This document shows positions 1-12,680 of a stretch of 64,000 bases of DNA, piece after piece (within the stretch, counting starts at the first letter, position 1; every line of letters starts with the position of its first letter). Made by a program: the position numbers and the translations under genes. Source of the stretch: Eledone cirrhosa (taxonomy: Eukaryota); contig OZ024745.1 in NCBI GenBank assembly GCA_964016885.1, positions 133,610,001 to 133,674,000 on the forward strand, given 5' to 3'. Below the pieces are notes generated by a model. The model did not search any database and had not been told where the DNA came from. It worked only from the letters and a program-made list of their open reading frames with translations.

Positions 1-1437
1 AAAGCATGTCTTCGATACCCTATGACCATGTTTCTCATAACCAACACAGTGTAGCCTCACTGAAGCGATACCGTTGGTACGTCACCTAATAGAAACGCCG
101 TTAACTGGACAGTCACTGCACTCATCTGAATTAAATTGTTTCTGAGTATAATTTCTGTTAATATGTTAAAATGGAAGCTGAAGTTAGATTTCGATAACTA
201 AACACTTACTAGTGAATCTCTTATCCGCTGCGTATCGGCAAGTCATTGCATATTATTTCCAAATTGAAATTTTCTTTTAGTCCAGTAAAATTTCAGTTTA
301 CACTCCAACCCAAATTATATTTGATAGCAGCCTTTGTCTCTGTAGAACATTGCCGCCTATGAAGTTATCAGTGTTACAGACACTGATTTGAATGACAACT
401 AGATTATCAAGTTGTTTTGTTATCTTCACTACTATTGGAGAGATTTTCACAGCTTTCATAAGTAAAGTTAATTTAGTCTTAACACTTTATATAGAACAGA
501 ATCTTCTGTCAATTTTTCCTAATTTCTAATTGCCAACAACATCTATAAGACGGCACTCTTTCTCTGTAGGGTATCTTCATTCCGACAGCTGTCGTTCATT
601 GCAAGTATCACGTGAAACAAAAGATAAAGGAAAATCTTATTTAATATTATCTCCTATACGCTATCACATAGATTTAATTCCGTTCTTTCTAAAGTTTAAC
701 GTCAGCATTTTGAGAGCAGCCATTCCTCTGTAACGAAATATAACCAAATTTTCGAAACATCGAAATTGTACATTTCCATATTTCTTTGTGTTTAATTACG
801 AACGTAAATAAAATTGGAGTGGGAATAGTACAGAAGATAAGAAAATTGAATTGTTTCAAAATCTGAGTCACGTCATTTCTCACCCTTTATATATAGCATT
901 GTATCGATCTATATTCCTCTTATAATTTACTCCCGTTAATTTGATTTGATCGGTTGAGTGCGTTGTCAGGTCAAGCGAAGTGCTTCTGTTTTTAGCATCT
1001 TTCCGCCAATTTGCCCCAACAACCTACTTCTGTTATACTACTGTAAAATAGTTGCTACTCTAGAAGAATAGGAAGACATCGGTAATCTAGGCTTCGCCTC
1101 TCTATGGAGATGACATAGATTTTTAGTTGTTTATTCTTAAGATAGACAGCAGTAATAGACGAGCCTTAGGCCGAATTTACTGATTAACAATATCTAATAC
1201 GTGTGATTAGCCATTTTTTCAGACGTTTCAAATGTATTTAAACTTTTTTTTGTCTTGAAATGTTAAAGAACTTAGATTTTTTTTTTTTTAAACGCATTGA
1301 TATTTTCTATTAGTATAGATGATCCTATATTGTCTATGCCTTGAGATGTTCTATTGAGTATAGATGATCCACGTCTATATTGTCTATGACTTGATACTTT
1401 CTATTAAGTATAGACGATATATATATGTATGTATGTG

Positions 1438-1447
<10 letters not shown>

Positions 1448-1535
<88 letters not shown>

Positions 1536-1561
1536 TGTGTGTGTGTATGTGTGTGTGTGTG

Positions 1562-1620
<59 letters not shown>

Positions 1621-1642
1621 GTGTGTGGGTGTGTGTGTGTGT
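1448..1642. repeat. (GT)n microsatellite
   Basis: Near-pure GT dinucleotide run; explains the HTHT/CVCV ORFs. Confidence 0.98.
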
Positions 1643-1671
1643 ATATATGTATATGTGTATATATACATAAG

Positions 1672-1887
1672 AGTGGTGACAGTCAAGTTTGCAATTTTTA
1701 ACACAGTTGAAAATTGCAAACTTGACTGTCACCACTGAATATGAACCTGAAGATTGCGAAAGCATGAAAGTACTTGTTCAATTAACATTTAATATTCTAC
1801 CATACTATTTCATTATAATATCATTATAATCTTAAAGGATTGTAAATAAAACGAGTAAATCAGACAAAGTTGGAATTCCTTTTATTA

Positions 1888-1890
<3 letters not shown>
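1672..1890 (+). mobile_element. Short hammerhead-bearing element, family A (probable PLE pLTR/3' end), with 5' fold-back hairpin, ending in (TA)n
   Basis: Hairpin at 1672-1736, then a hammerhead, then an AT-rich tail closely matching 14341-14528. Confidence 0.75.
1742..1780 (+). ncRNA. Minimal type I hammerhead ribozyme (family A)
   Basis: tgaac-CTGAAGA-t tgc gaaa gca t-GAAA-gtac-TT-gttca: stem I tgaac/gttca, conserved core, GAAA-capped stem II, palindromic gtac loop III as in PLE minimal hammerheads. Confidence 0.8.
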
Positions 1891-1922
<32 letters not shown>

Positions 1923-1940
1923 CCTGTGAGTGTGTGTGTG

Positions 1941-1972
<32 letters not shown>

Positions 1973-1975
<3 letters not shown>

Positions 1976-2040
1976 TGAAATAACAGATTAAAGTTTAAGC
2001 AAAGAAACTCTGCTTACATCCTTAACGGGTGTCTTCACAT
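1973..2040 (-). mobile_element. Degenerate fragment of the hammerhead element seen at 19300-19370
   Basis: Reverse complement gtgaagacacccgttaaggatgtaagcagagtttctttgcttaaactttaatctgttatttcaata aligns to 19305-19370; sits within (TA)n. Confidence 0.7.
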
Positions 2041-2053
2041 TTATTATTGTTAC

Positions 2054-2114
<61 letters not shown>

Positions 2115-2700
2115 TCACTTATCAATGTCAATCTTGTTTTTAGTTTCTCAACTCTAAGAAGTACTAGATATTCCCCCAGTCTGCCATTGTTTATGAGCTT
2201 TATACGGACGCTTAAATTGATTAAATACATGATAATAAATAAATAAATATTTGTGTGTGAGTGTGTTTATGCTTGTATCTCAGTGTGTATGCGCAAATTG
2301 TGTCAGATAAATATACATGAACAGGCCAGTGTAACAATATGCAAATTAGAATATGCGTTTGCGTGTTTCAGTGACTGCGTGACTATCCGCTCATTTGCCT
2401 GCCTTTCTACTAATATGCAAGTAAATTTGTATATGGTTATATGAATAAAAGATTTTTAATTTCTAAAATGATTTTAATTAAATTCATAATTTTTTTCTCT
2501 AAAATCAATTGCCTTTATCTTCCAGCATGACAGTATACAGTGGAAATGATTAATCATACATTAACCGACCGACATAATTTACTATCATTGTTATAAGTCT
2601 TGAATGTTCACTGGAGAGATAAGACCAAACTCCACCAGTGGAATAGTTGATTAATATCCTTAAATGAAAAAAAAATATTTATAACTTGGAAAGAGAAAGA

Positions 2701-2779
<79 letters not shown>

Positions 2780-2808
2780 GTATGTATGTCCGTGTGTGTA
2801 TATATATG

Positions 2809-2847
<39 letters not shown>

Positions 2848-2848
2848 G

Positions 2849-2922
<74 letters not shown>

Positions 2923-3179
2923 GAGAGAGAGAGATAACCTAAGTGATATACCATGATGTACACTTTTAATCATTATATCTGAATATATATGTTGCAGCAA
3001 CTTTTAAACATTTTTCAAATCTCAATTACAAAGAATGAAATTGAATGAAAACACAAACTAAGAATAAGCACAAAATTACATGGAGAGAAACCAGGTGAAG
3101 GCAGTGCTGCAGCATGGCCGTCTTCATTATCAGTAAGAACCATTAAAGAACACAGCTTAATAGGGAAATAGCTAACTTC

Positions 3180-3680
3180 TCCGCCTCTGAGACTCAGCCG
3201 ACAAGATTGAGAATACATTGTCCCGGAGGCAAAGGAGACACCCTGGAACAGCCACTCCACCTCGCGGGGCTCGCACCTGTGGGTGGCCAATTCTGCCCTG
3301 ATAGCAGTGAGTAGGGATATGGTCCGGGGCGCAAGAATGTCGGATTCATTCCACTGGCACAGGCTCTACCACAAACCTATCCGAGGGCGGCCAATACTGG
3401 GACAGTTTGCCCCAGATCTGTGGCTAGTAGCCGAACGCACCAGTTGCCCCTTCAATATGTCTCACTTCTTGTGGTATCCAAGATGAGGGGGCCTACCCCG
3501 CGAGACGAGAAGATAATGATGCCGTCTGGCCTTTTGACGTCCTCTCAGACCAGCCAGCCCTGCTGGGTCGAGCTGTAAAAGGAAGCCTGCGCTGTCCGGG
3601 CCGTGCTTCATGGACAAGTTGAGCGCAGCATGGCGTTGGAGTCGTCCAGTAGTGTAAGGGCATGACAGTGGGGGAGACCG
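3180..3680 (-). mobile_element. CRE-clade non-LTR retrotransposon, decayed restriction-like endonuclease/C-terminus
   Basis: Frameshifted minus-strand translation DVKRPDGIIIFS..GPLILDTT, ILAPRTISLLTAIRAELATHRCEPREVEWLFQGVSFA / LRDNVFSILSA matches the CRE-type DGKRPDG and WLFQRISLAxxRGNAFSIL motifs. Confidence 0.7.
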
Positions 3681-3766
3681 AAAGAACTATGAATGAAAGG
3701 AATAAAGTACTGGGGTAAAAGAGAAAAGGAGAAAGTAAGAAAAGAGAAAGAGAAATACGTAAATAA

Positions 3767-3958
3767 ATAATTGTTTGTACTTTTGGCACAAGACCAGCAA
3801 TTACCCAGTACATTACTGGAACCCTATTTTATCGAGCCCGTAAGGATGAAAGGCAAAGTTAACCTCGGTGGGATTTGAACTCAGAAAGGCAAGGGCCGTA
3901 ACTCTATGCGTCAAAGCATGGCGTTCGACCCTCTACCGATACTGCTAATCCATCGCCC
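3767..3958 (-). mobile_element. tRNA-derived SINE (main family)
   Basis: Reverse complement has A-box (tagcagtatcggtaga), B-box (gagttcaaatcc), central gcctttcatccttacggg..cgataaaat and 3' cttgtgccaaaagt; at least 6 copies in the window. Confidence 0.9.
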
Positions 3959-4419
3959 TTACGTAAATAAATAATGAGGAATGTAAGAGTGGAAGAGACA
4001 AAGAATCAATGAACACAAAAAGTGAAGGTGGCAGAAATGAAGGAATTGCATTTCGAAAGAAAAATGTTCTCTAATATCTAATAGTAAATCGACAATGTGC
4101 TTTAACTGTCCTATACACAGCTTGTAGATTTTATTTCTTTTTACAAGACGTCTGAAAGTGTTTTCTATTGTTCTTGATCAATTGGAAAAGAGAAGATAAA
4201 ATATCCCCCTACTACAAGAAACTTGTTTACTGACAACTTACTTTACAATCAGGTTTGTACTTTTTATCAATTTTTGTACTAAAACTGCCTCCTCTCCCAT
4301 CCCTACAATAATTAACCTTCTATCAGGACTTCAAAAATCCAATTAAATAATCGATAGCTATTTTCGATGTAATTTGAGAGAAGTTGCGTGTGTAAGACAA
4401 CTACGAAGTCTTATGTCAG

Positions 4420-5385
4420 TGTTGTTGAGCTTGTTGTTTGTTGTTGTTTGTTGTTGTTTGTTGTTGAGCTTGTTGTATGTTGTTGTTTGTTGTTGTTTGT
4501 TGTTGTTTGTTGTTGAGCTTGTTGTTTGTTGTTGTTTGTTGTTGTTTGTTGTTGAGCTTGTTGTATGTTGTTGTTTGTTGTTGTTTGTTGTTGTTTGTTG
4601 TTGAGCTTGTATGTTGTTGTTTGTTGTTGTTTGTTGTTGAGCTTGTTTGTTGTTGAGCTTGTTGTATGTTGTTGTTTGTTGTTGTTTGTTGTTGAGCTTG
4701 TTTGTTGTTGAGCTTGTTGTATGTTGTTGTTTGTTGTTGTTTGTTGTTGAGCTTGTTGTATGTTGTTGTTTGTTGTTGTTTGTTGTTGAGCTTGTTTGTT
4801 GTTGAGCTTGTTGTATGTTGTTGTTTGTTGTTGTTTGTTGTTGAGCTTGTTGTATGTTGTTGTTTGTTGTTGTTTGTTGTTGTTTGTTGTTGAGCTTGTT
4901 GTATGTTGTTGTTTGTTGTTGTTTGTTGTTGAGCTTGTTTGTTGTTGAGCTTGTTGTATGTTGTTGTTTGTTGTTGTTTGTTGTTGAGCTTGTTGTATGT
5001 TGTTGTTTGTTGTTGTTTGTTGTTGAGCTTGTTTGTTGTTGAGCTTGTTGTATGTTGTTGTTTGTTGTTGTTTGTTGTTGAGCTTGTTGTATGTTGTTGT
5101 TTGTTGTTGTTTGTTGTTGTTTGTTGTTGAGCTTGTTGTATGTTGTTGTTTGTTGTTGTTTGTTGTTGAGCTTGTTTGTTGTTGAGCTTGTTGTATGTTG
5201 TTGTTTGTTGTTGTTTGTTGTTGAGCTTGTTGTATGTTGTTGTTTGTTGTTGTTTGTTGTTGAGCTTGTTGTATGTTGTTGTTTGTTGTTGTTTGTTGTT
5301 GTTTGTTGTTGAGCTTGTTCTATGTTGTTGTATGTTGTTGTTTGTTGTTGTTTGTTGTTGTTTGTTGTTGTTTGTTGTTGTTTGT
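4420..5385. repeat. (GTT)n-derived compound minisatellite with gagctt/gtat interruptions
   Basis: Visible tandem ttgttgtt units with recurring gagc insertions. Confidence 0.95.
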
Positions 5386-5464
5386 GTTTCTCTTAATAAA
5401 ACAATGAAATGACGCCCTACATTTCCCTACAACTTGGGACACAATTCCTGCCTTCGAAGACGTG

Positions 5465-5890
5465 TGTCTGTGTAGCTGTATGAGGTGTGCATTTGTGTGT
5501 ATATGTGTGTCAGTGTAGCTGTATGAGGTGTGCATTTATGTGTATATGTGTGTCAGTGTAGCTGTATGAGGTGTGCATTTGTGTGTATATGTGTGTCAGT
5601 GTAGCTGTATGAGGTGTGCATTTGTGTGTATATGTGTGTCAGTGTAGCTGTATGAGGTGTGTATGTGTGTGTATGTGTGTGTGTCAGAGTAGCTGTATAA
5701 GGTGTGCATGTGTGTGTGTATGTATGTGTGTCAGTGTAGCTGTATGAGGTGTGCATGTGTGTGTATGTGTGTGTATGTGTGTATGATTTTGTGTATGTCA
5801 GTGTAGCTGTATAAGGTGTGCATGTGTGTGTGTATGTCGTGTATGTGTATGTATGTGTGTGTGTGTCAGTGTAGTTGTATGAGGTGTGCA
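5465..5890. repeat. ~43-bp minisatellite (tcagtgtagctgtatgaggtgtgcatttgtgtgtatatgtgtg)
   Basis: Unit starts at 5510 and 5553; decays into GT-rich sequence. Confidence 0.9.
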
Positions 5891-6139
5891 TGTGCTTGTG
5901 TGTGGAAGCTTGTGTATGTGGAGAAACTTTTATGTGTATGTATGCATGTGTGTATGTATATATGTGTGAGTGTGTGTGTGTATGTGTGTATGATTTTGTG
6001 TGTGTATCTGTGTGTGAGTTTGTGTGTATATGTGTGTGTTTGTGTCTGTAAGTTTGTGTGTATATGCGTGTGCGTGTGGGTGGTGGTGTAAATTAAAGGG
6101 GAGATATGAAACTAAGAATGAATAGGGCTTAGAATAAGA

Positions 6140-7657
6140 TTGTATATACAGTTATATGGCTGTATCTACTGGTATATGGTATACACAGCAATATGGCTTT
6201 ATCTGGTGGTATATGTTATATACAGATATATGGCTGTATCTTCTGGTATATGGTATATACAGCTATATGGCTGTATCTACTGGTATATAGTATATACAGC
6301 AATATGGCTTTATCTGGTGGTATATGTTATATACAGATATATGGCTGTATCTTCTGGTATATGGTATATACAGCAATATGGCTGTATCTACTGGTATATG
6401 GTATATACAGCAATATGGCTGTATCTACTGGTATATGGTATATACAGATATATGGCTGTATCTTCTGGTATATGGTATATACAGTAACATGGCTGTATCT
6501 ACTGGTATATGGTATATACAGCAATATGGCTGTATCTACTGGTATATGGTATATACAGATATATGGCTGTATCTTCTGGTATATGGTATATACAAATATA
6601 TGGCTGTATCTACTGGTATATGGTATACACAGCAATATGGCTTTATCTGGTGGTATATGTTATATACAGATATATGGCTGTATCTTCTGGTATATGGTAT
6701 ATACAAATATATGGCTGTATCTATTGGTATATGTTATATACAGCAATATGGCTGTATCTACTGGTATATGGTATATACAGCAATATGGCTGTATCTGGTA
6801 GTATATGGTATATACATCTATATGGCTGTATCTACTGGTATATGTTATATACAGCAATATGGCTGTATTTGCTGGTATATGGTATATACAGCTATATGGC
6901 TGTATCTACTGGTATATGTTATATACAGCAATATGGCTGTATTTGCTGGTATATGGTATATACAGCTATATGGATGTATCTACTGGTATATGGTATATAC
7001 AGATATATGGCTGTATCTTCTGGTATATGGTATATACAGCTATATGGCTGTATCTACTGGTATATGGTATATACAGCTATATGGCTGTATCTTCTGGTAT
7101 AAGGTATATACAGCTATATGGCTGTATCTACTTGTATATGGTATATACAGCTATATGGCTGTATTCACTTAGTATATGGTATATACAGCAATATGGCTCT
7201 ATCTACTGGTATATGGTATATACAGCTATATGGCTCTATCTTCAGGTATATGTTATATAGAGCAATATAGCTGTATCTGGTGGTATATGGTATATACAGC
7301 TATATGGCTGTATCTAATGGTATATGGTATATACAGCAATATGACTGTATCTGGTATATAGTATATACAGGTATATGGCTGTATCTAATGGTATATGTTA
7401 TATACAGCAACATGGCTGTAGCTTCTGGTATATGTTATATAGAGCAATATGGCTGTATCTTCTGGTATATGTTATATACAGCAATATGGCTGTATCTTCT
7501 GGTATATGGTATATACAAATAGATGGCTGTATCTACTGGTATATGGTATATACAGCAATATGGCTCTATCTACTGGTATATGTTATATACAGCTATATAG
7601 CTGTATCTTCTGGTATATGGTATATACAGCTATATGGCTGTATCTGCTGGTATATGT
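6140..7657. repeat. 37-bp minisatellite (ggtatatggtatatacagcaatatggctgtatctact), ~41 copies
   Basis: Tandem unit is directly visible; internal dyad atacagc/gctgtat. Confidence 0.97.
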
Positions 7658-7813
7658 AGATAATGGCGTATATAGAAAGGCATGGCACAGTCATTGATGG
7701 CAGAGAGGGAGGATATTGGCTTTACAACCTGATTACAACTAGTTCAGTCCCATATAGTCTCATGTCGTTTAATGAGGGAAATTAGTAGACCTGTCTTTCA
7801 TATATATATGCGC

Positions 7814-7917
<104 letters not shown>

Positions 7918-8330
7918 ATATATGTAATATACTGAGAATCTCAATATTGATAACTAAAACTAACAGTTAGAGAATTATATATATATATATATATATATTC
8001 AATGTGGTCTACCTTTCGTGGTAGAGTCTATACCGTAGTTCGAACTAACTCAATGTAATCTGTTAGCAAGTAGTTAGGTGAGATCCAGAGATAGGTTCCG
8101 TGTCACCGAGTCAGTCCTTTAGATTCAGTGTATGATCGAACGGTGTGATCGAACCTACATATTATGTCTGATTGTATACAGTTATAGCTCTGCTACAGAT
8201 GAGTCAATATATCAATATGATCAAACCTCTGAAACAATCGTAATGAAATGAATAGGTAAAATAAATTGCCTTCGTTATTATTATCATTGTTAAACTAATA
8301 TCGAATACACACACACACTACACACTCTCT

Positions 8331-8366
<36 letters not shown>

Positions 8367-8367
<1 letters not shown>

Positions 8368-8755
8368 CTTCCTCTTCCCCATTGTATTATTTTCATTCAA
8401 AGCATACATTTACATTCCTCTACTCCTAGCATAAAGTTCTACTACTGTTATTCTATTAACTTGACCTCTAACTTTTTTCTATTGGTCAATTCAAAACCTG
8501 TTTCCAAACAGACTTTTTGTATTAATACTTTGTTTCTTTCAATAAACATACTTCATCATTTCTGAAGATGGCATATATAGGTGAAGGTATGTATATCTCC
8601 TCTGATAATTTGTAATATTTTTTTACATAGATCTTTAACATGATATACATACCAATACACATATATATATCCCAGAAACGATCGTAAAAATGATGATTTT
8701 TTTCAATATAAAGAACCTGTTCTTTGTTTTTATTTCATTGTTTTTATTAATTTAT
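8367..8755 (+). mobile_element. Hammerhead-bearing element between TA tracts (probable PLE 3' end)
   Basis: Contains a hammerhead; its 3' tail recurs at 28445-28517. Confidence 0.65.
8553..8696 (+). ncRNA. Type I hammerhead ribozyme with ~105-nt extended stem II
   Basis: tcatcattt-CTGAAGA-tgg...cca-GAAA-cgatcg-TA-aaaatgatga; stem I ~9 bp with one extra A; palindromic loop III. Confidence 0.8.
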
Positions 8756-9619
8756 ATATATATATATATATATGCCTAACTTTTATAAATTTATCTAAGG
8801 GAGATTAGTGGCACTCATATTTACTAGTCTTCTATTGTTGAGTTGACCGGTGTGTTATATATCTGCTATGACTAGCAGCATTTATACTTGTCTTTGTCTT
8901 GTGTACAAATATTCCTTTGTTTGTCTGATCTACCCACTCCTGTAACTCTACACCATGTTTGTATGGCAATGGGCAGTTCATCCATCTACTAACAGGTGAA
9001 TATTTTCCTTATACACATTATATCAATTCAACTGGTCATTTCAGGTTTTTTCAACTTTCTATATAACATATATAACGTAAATATAGGAATACATATTTTG
9101 TCTAGGGAATCATAGGATAGCTATTCTCTGAGGAGACAAATTACATGAGAATATTCTTATGGATACGAAGGAGTAGTTGCAGGTGTTTCACTACACATAT
9201 CTTACTACTGAGTGGAGGTGCTGTGTGGTGCCAACATGTGGGAGGTTTCCTCAAAATAAACAGTTACATATTAGGTGGGGTTTTTTCAGCTAGCTGTAAC
9301 TCTGTTTTATGGTGGTGACTGGTAATATACAATAAATGATGAACAATTTAGACAAACTTTGAAATTTAGTCTTCCAGTGTTTAAATACTATTTTAGCTCC
9401 AGATACTTACATTTCTGCCTCATCTGTTTCTATCTACGTCCAATTGAAGATGTAAACTACAGAGCTTTCTTTCACTTTCCAAACGTAACTATTTGTTTTG
9501 CTTCGTACGTCTGGGGAAACATGAAGAAGGTTTACAGCAGTTAGGATAGTGTTTATAGTAATTTGTAGGCTGAAGCATTTAAATGTATGTATGATATATT
9601 TTTTCTAGTTTGTCTGTTG

Positions 9620-9900
9620 TGAGTTATTTGGTGTTATTAGAATTATCTGAATCGTCATCTTGGTATAGGCCGAAATACATGGTTGGAAATAAGAATAACA
9701 CGAATAGAATGCGCACGATCACCCCGTCAACAAAGCTCGTGCTGTGGTCAAAGGAGCCGTGCGGGTCGGTCGTGTATAACATTTCAGGGCCATCAATTAA
9801 AAGGAACGTTCTCCTTGCGTGCATCATTACTTTTCGTATCTTATCATCTATGAGGTGGATTCTTTCCGAGATTTCTTGACAAAAGAATCCTGGTCCTTAA
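9620..9900 (-). mobile_element. Decayed Naiad-type Penelope-like RT fragment
   Basis: KVMMHARRTFLLIDG..GSFDHSTSFVDG..YFGLYQDD parallels ILSSRKTL..NFDITMGSSDS..GLYRDD of the copy at 52.5-52.9 kb. Confidence 0.6.
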
Positions 9901-10705
9901 AAATAGTAAAACATTCCATTGGATAAACCGTTTCTTTTCTTGTCATCCCCAGAAGAGAATTAACAGAATTTGAATTGACTTTCTAAATAAATGTATAAGA
10001 AATGTCTGCCAAAGAACAATTCCACTTAAAGTATGTATTTTGTTTTGTTAATAATAAATCTGCAATTCATTTTCTTTTCCTATATCTAACTAGAAAATTA
10101 ATAGGCGTACTCAGCTTTTGAGATTACTCAAAACCCAACCAAATTACCAAGATAGAAGAAAAAGTTAAAGAAGAAATGTATTTTCTTTTACTGAACAATT
10201 CAATGATTGATCGAAGTCAAGATTCTTTACATTTTATAAGGATTTAAATTATGCTAAATGAAGAAATATTCCTCACCTCTTGTCCAGCTATATTCTGTTA
10301 TATACAACAAGCACAGAATAGAAAGGAAAATATAAAACAAAACGAAATATAAAAATGAGGCTGATAATGTCATTTGTTTGGGTAGGATTGTGTGGGGGAG
10401 GGGAGCAAAATTAGCTGATTAGAAGAAAATAGGAGGAGAAACAGAAATATAATTACAGTTTTATGTTATTTTTCAAAACCATCAAGAAAATCAATAAAAC
10501 TCCTTTATATTCTTTCCGTAATATATGAAGCACATTAAATTCAGAGCAACACTGCGTCTCTCTCAGGCTCCATATCAAAGATGAATATATTGTTCCATAG
10601 AAGGTAATGACAGCTAAAAACAATGGTAAATGGATTGATGCGATACTCACGGTGATATATATATATATATGTTTATATATATATATGTTTATATAAATAT
10701 ATATG

Positions 10706-10739
<34 letters not shown>

Positions 10740-10749
10740 CATACATACA

Positions 10750-11000
10750 TGCATTCTGCATCTAATAACTGCATATACACTTGTACAGATACAAAGCATA
10801 TACACATGCACACAAACAACTCAAAACATACACATCCACACATACAATAACATCCATACCTGCACACACACACACATACAGACATGCAAACATAGCTGCC
10901 TAGTCGATGTGTAAATTCCAAATAGAGAGTCTTGTGTCTATGTTAGAAACCGACTCTCTCTCTCTACTGGCAAAAATGTGTGAAATTATAAAACCAGAAG

Positions 11001-11002
<2 letters not shown>
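10750..11002 (+). mobile_element. 5'-truncated 3' UTR of the R4/Dong-type LINE
   Basis: Matches 23475-23722 and 48575-48822; sits between CATA and CA repeats. Confidence 0.85.
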
Positions 11003-11086
<84 letters not shown>

Positions 11087-11122
11087 AACACACACACATA
11101 CACACACACATATATATATATA

Positions 11123-11392
11123 TATAAAGAAAAAGAGATGAAATCGAAAATGCAACTGGAGTCTTATTTTTAAAAAAAATATATATATTTATTTGGTTCC
11201 TTTACCGGTTTCGCAGTTCTTCTGCTTTTCAAAAGCAGAAGAACTGCGAAACCGGTAAAGGAACCAAATAAATATATATATATTTTTTTTAAATAAGACT
11301 CCAGTTGCATTTTCGATTTCATCTCTTTTTCTTTATACTTTCACTCGTGTAGGACACCTCGGTTATTTTTCATTGTGTAAAAAAAAACTCAC

Positions 11393-11398
<6 letters not shown>
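11123..11398 (+). mobile_element. Fold-back element: ~215-bp palindrome (11123-11337) containing the 3' half of a hammerhead
   Basis: Near-perfect inverted repeat centred at 11230; right arm gcagaagaactgc-GAAA-ccgg-TA-aagg; (TA)n on both sides. Confidence 0.8.
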
Positions 11399-11464
<66 letters not shown>

Positions 11465-11509
11465 GGGGGGGCGTATGTATGTATTTCTGTGAATTTGTGT
11501 ACATTACAT

Positions 11510-11778
11510 CTATCGTCAGAACCCAGTACAGATGGAATGGCCCTTACAGCGCATCTCCCTTACCAACCTCCGGGGAAACGCCTTCTCCATTCTGTCCACC
11601 GGGGACGTGGAGCGGCCAACACATGGGACCCCATTTGCTCATAATACAGAGATATGTGGAGGGTGAGAGAGGTGATGGGAGTTCGGCCCTTCTGTGTCCG
11701 GGCTTAGTTTTCATGAGAGATGGGGAGGGTGAGAGAGGTGATGACATCAATTTTATGTTTCTGTTGATACTTAAATAA
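11510..11778 (+). mobile_element. CRE-clade LINE 3' end
   Basis: Translates as QMEWPLQRISLTNLRGNAFSILSTG (CRE C-terminal QRISxxxxRGNA motif), followed by a short UTR and aataaa. Confidence 0.65.
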
Positions 11779-11837
11779 AATGCGGGACGAAAAAAAAAAT
11801 ACATTATAACAGAATTTATTATAGCAGAAACATTGTA

Positions 11838-12195
11838 TGTAGTAAGAGGTCTTATACGTAGTAAGATGTCTTATACGTAGTAAGACATCTTATATGAAGT
11901 AAGACATCTTATATGCAGTAAGACGTCTTATACGTAGTAAGAGGTCTTATATGAAGTAAGACGTCTTGTATGTAGTAAGACATTTTATATGTAGTAAGAG
12001 GTCTTATACGTAGTAAGAGATCTTATACGTAGTAAGAGGTCTTATATGTAGTGAGACATCTTATACGTAGTAAGAGGTCTTATACGTAGTAAGAGGTCTT
12101 ATACGTAGTAAGAGGTCTTATATGTAGTAAGACATCTTATACGTAGTAAGAGGTCTTATATGTAGTAAGAGGTCTTATATGTACTAAGATGTCTT
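11838..12195. repeat. 19-bp minisatellite (tagtaagaggtcttatacg)
   Basis: ~18 tandem units. Confidence 0.95.
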
Positions 12196-12304
12196 CCTCC
12201 AGAAAAATAATCAACGAGGAATTGAAGCGAAGAGAAGAAATTCAGAAAGGTGTGGGCTGGTGGGTGGGAGTGGGGGGTAAATGGAGCACATTTCGAGTGC
12301 CGGG

Positions 12305-12680
12305 GTACTAGGTCATCATGCTTCGATATTTAGTTGATCCGTAGTTGTACAAGGTCATCCATGTTAAGGATTTTAGTTGATCCGTAGTTGTACAAGGTCA
12401 TCCATATTAAGGATTTTAGTTGATCCGTAGTTGTACAAGGTCATCCATGTTAAGGATTTTAGTTGATCCGTAGTTGTACTAGGTCATCATGTTAAGAGAC
12501 TTAGTTGACCCATGGTTGTACTAGGTCATCCTGTTAAGGTATTTAGTTGATCCGTGGTTGTACAAGGTCATCACCTTAAGGTATTTACTTGATCCGTGGT
12601 TGTACTAAGTCATCATCTTAAGGTATTTACTTGATCCTTGGTTGTACAAGGTCATTATCTTAAGAGATTTAGTTGATCAT
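12305..12680. repeat. ~43-bp minisatellite (tagttgatccgtagttgtacaaggtcatccatgttaaggattt)
   Basis: Units start at 12331, 12374 and onward; ~8 copies. Confidence 0.95.

Noticed and set aside
1095-1125. LYGDD RT-like motif
   Set aside because: Isolated, with adjacent stops and no flanking RT motifs.
6140-7697. Tyr/Gly/Trp-rich ORFs resembling a structural protein
   Set aside because: The 37-bp unit is not a multiple of 3, so the same peptide cycles through all frames with scattered stops.
8060-8250. GAAA-caatcg-TA-atgaaatga resembling a hammerhead 3' half
   Set aside because: No matching CUGANGA or stem I partner found upstream.
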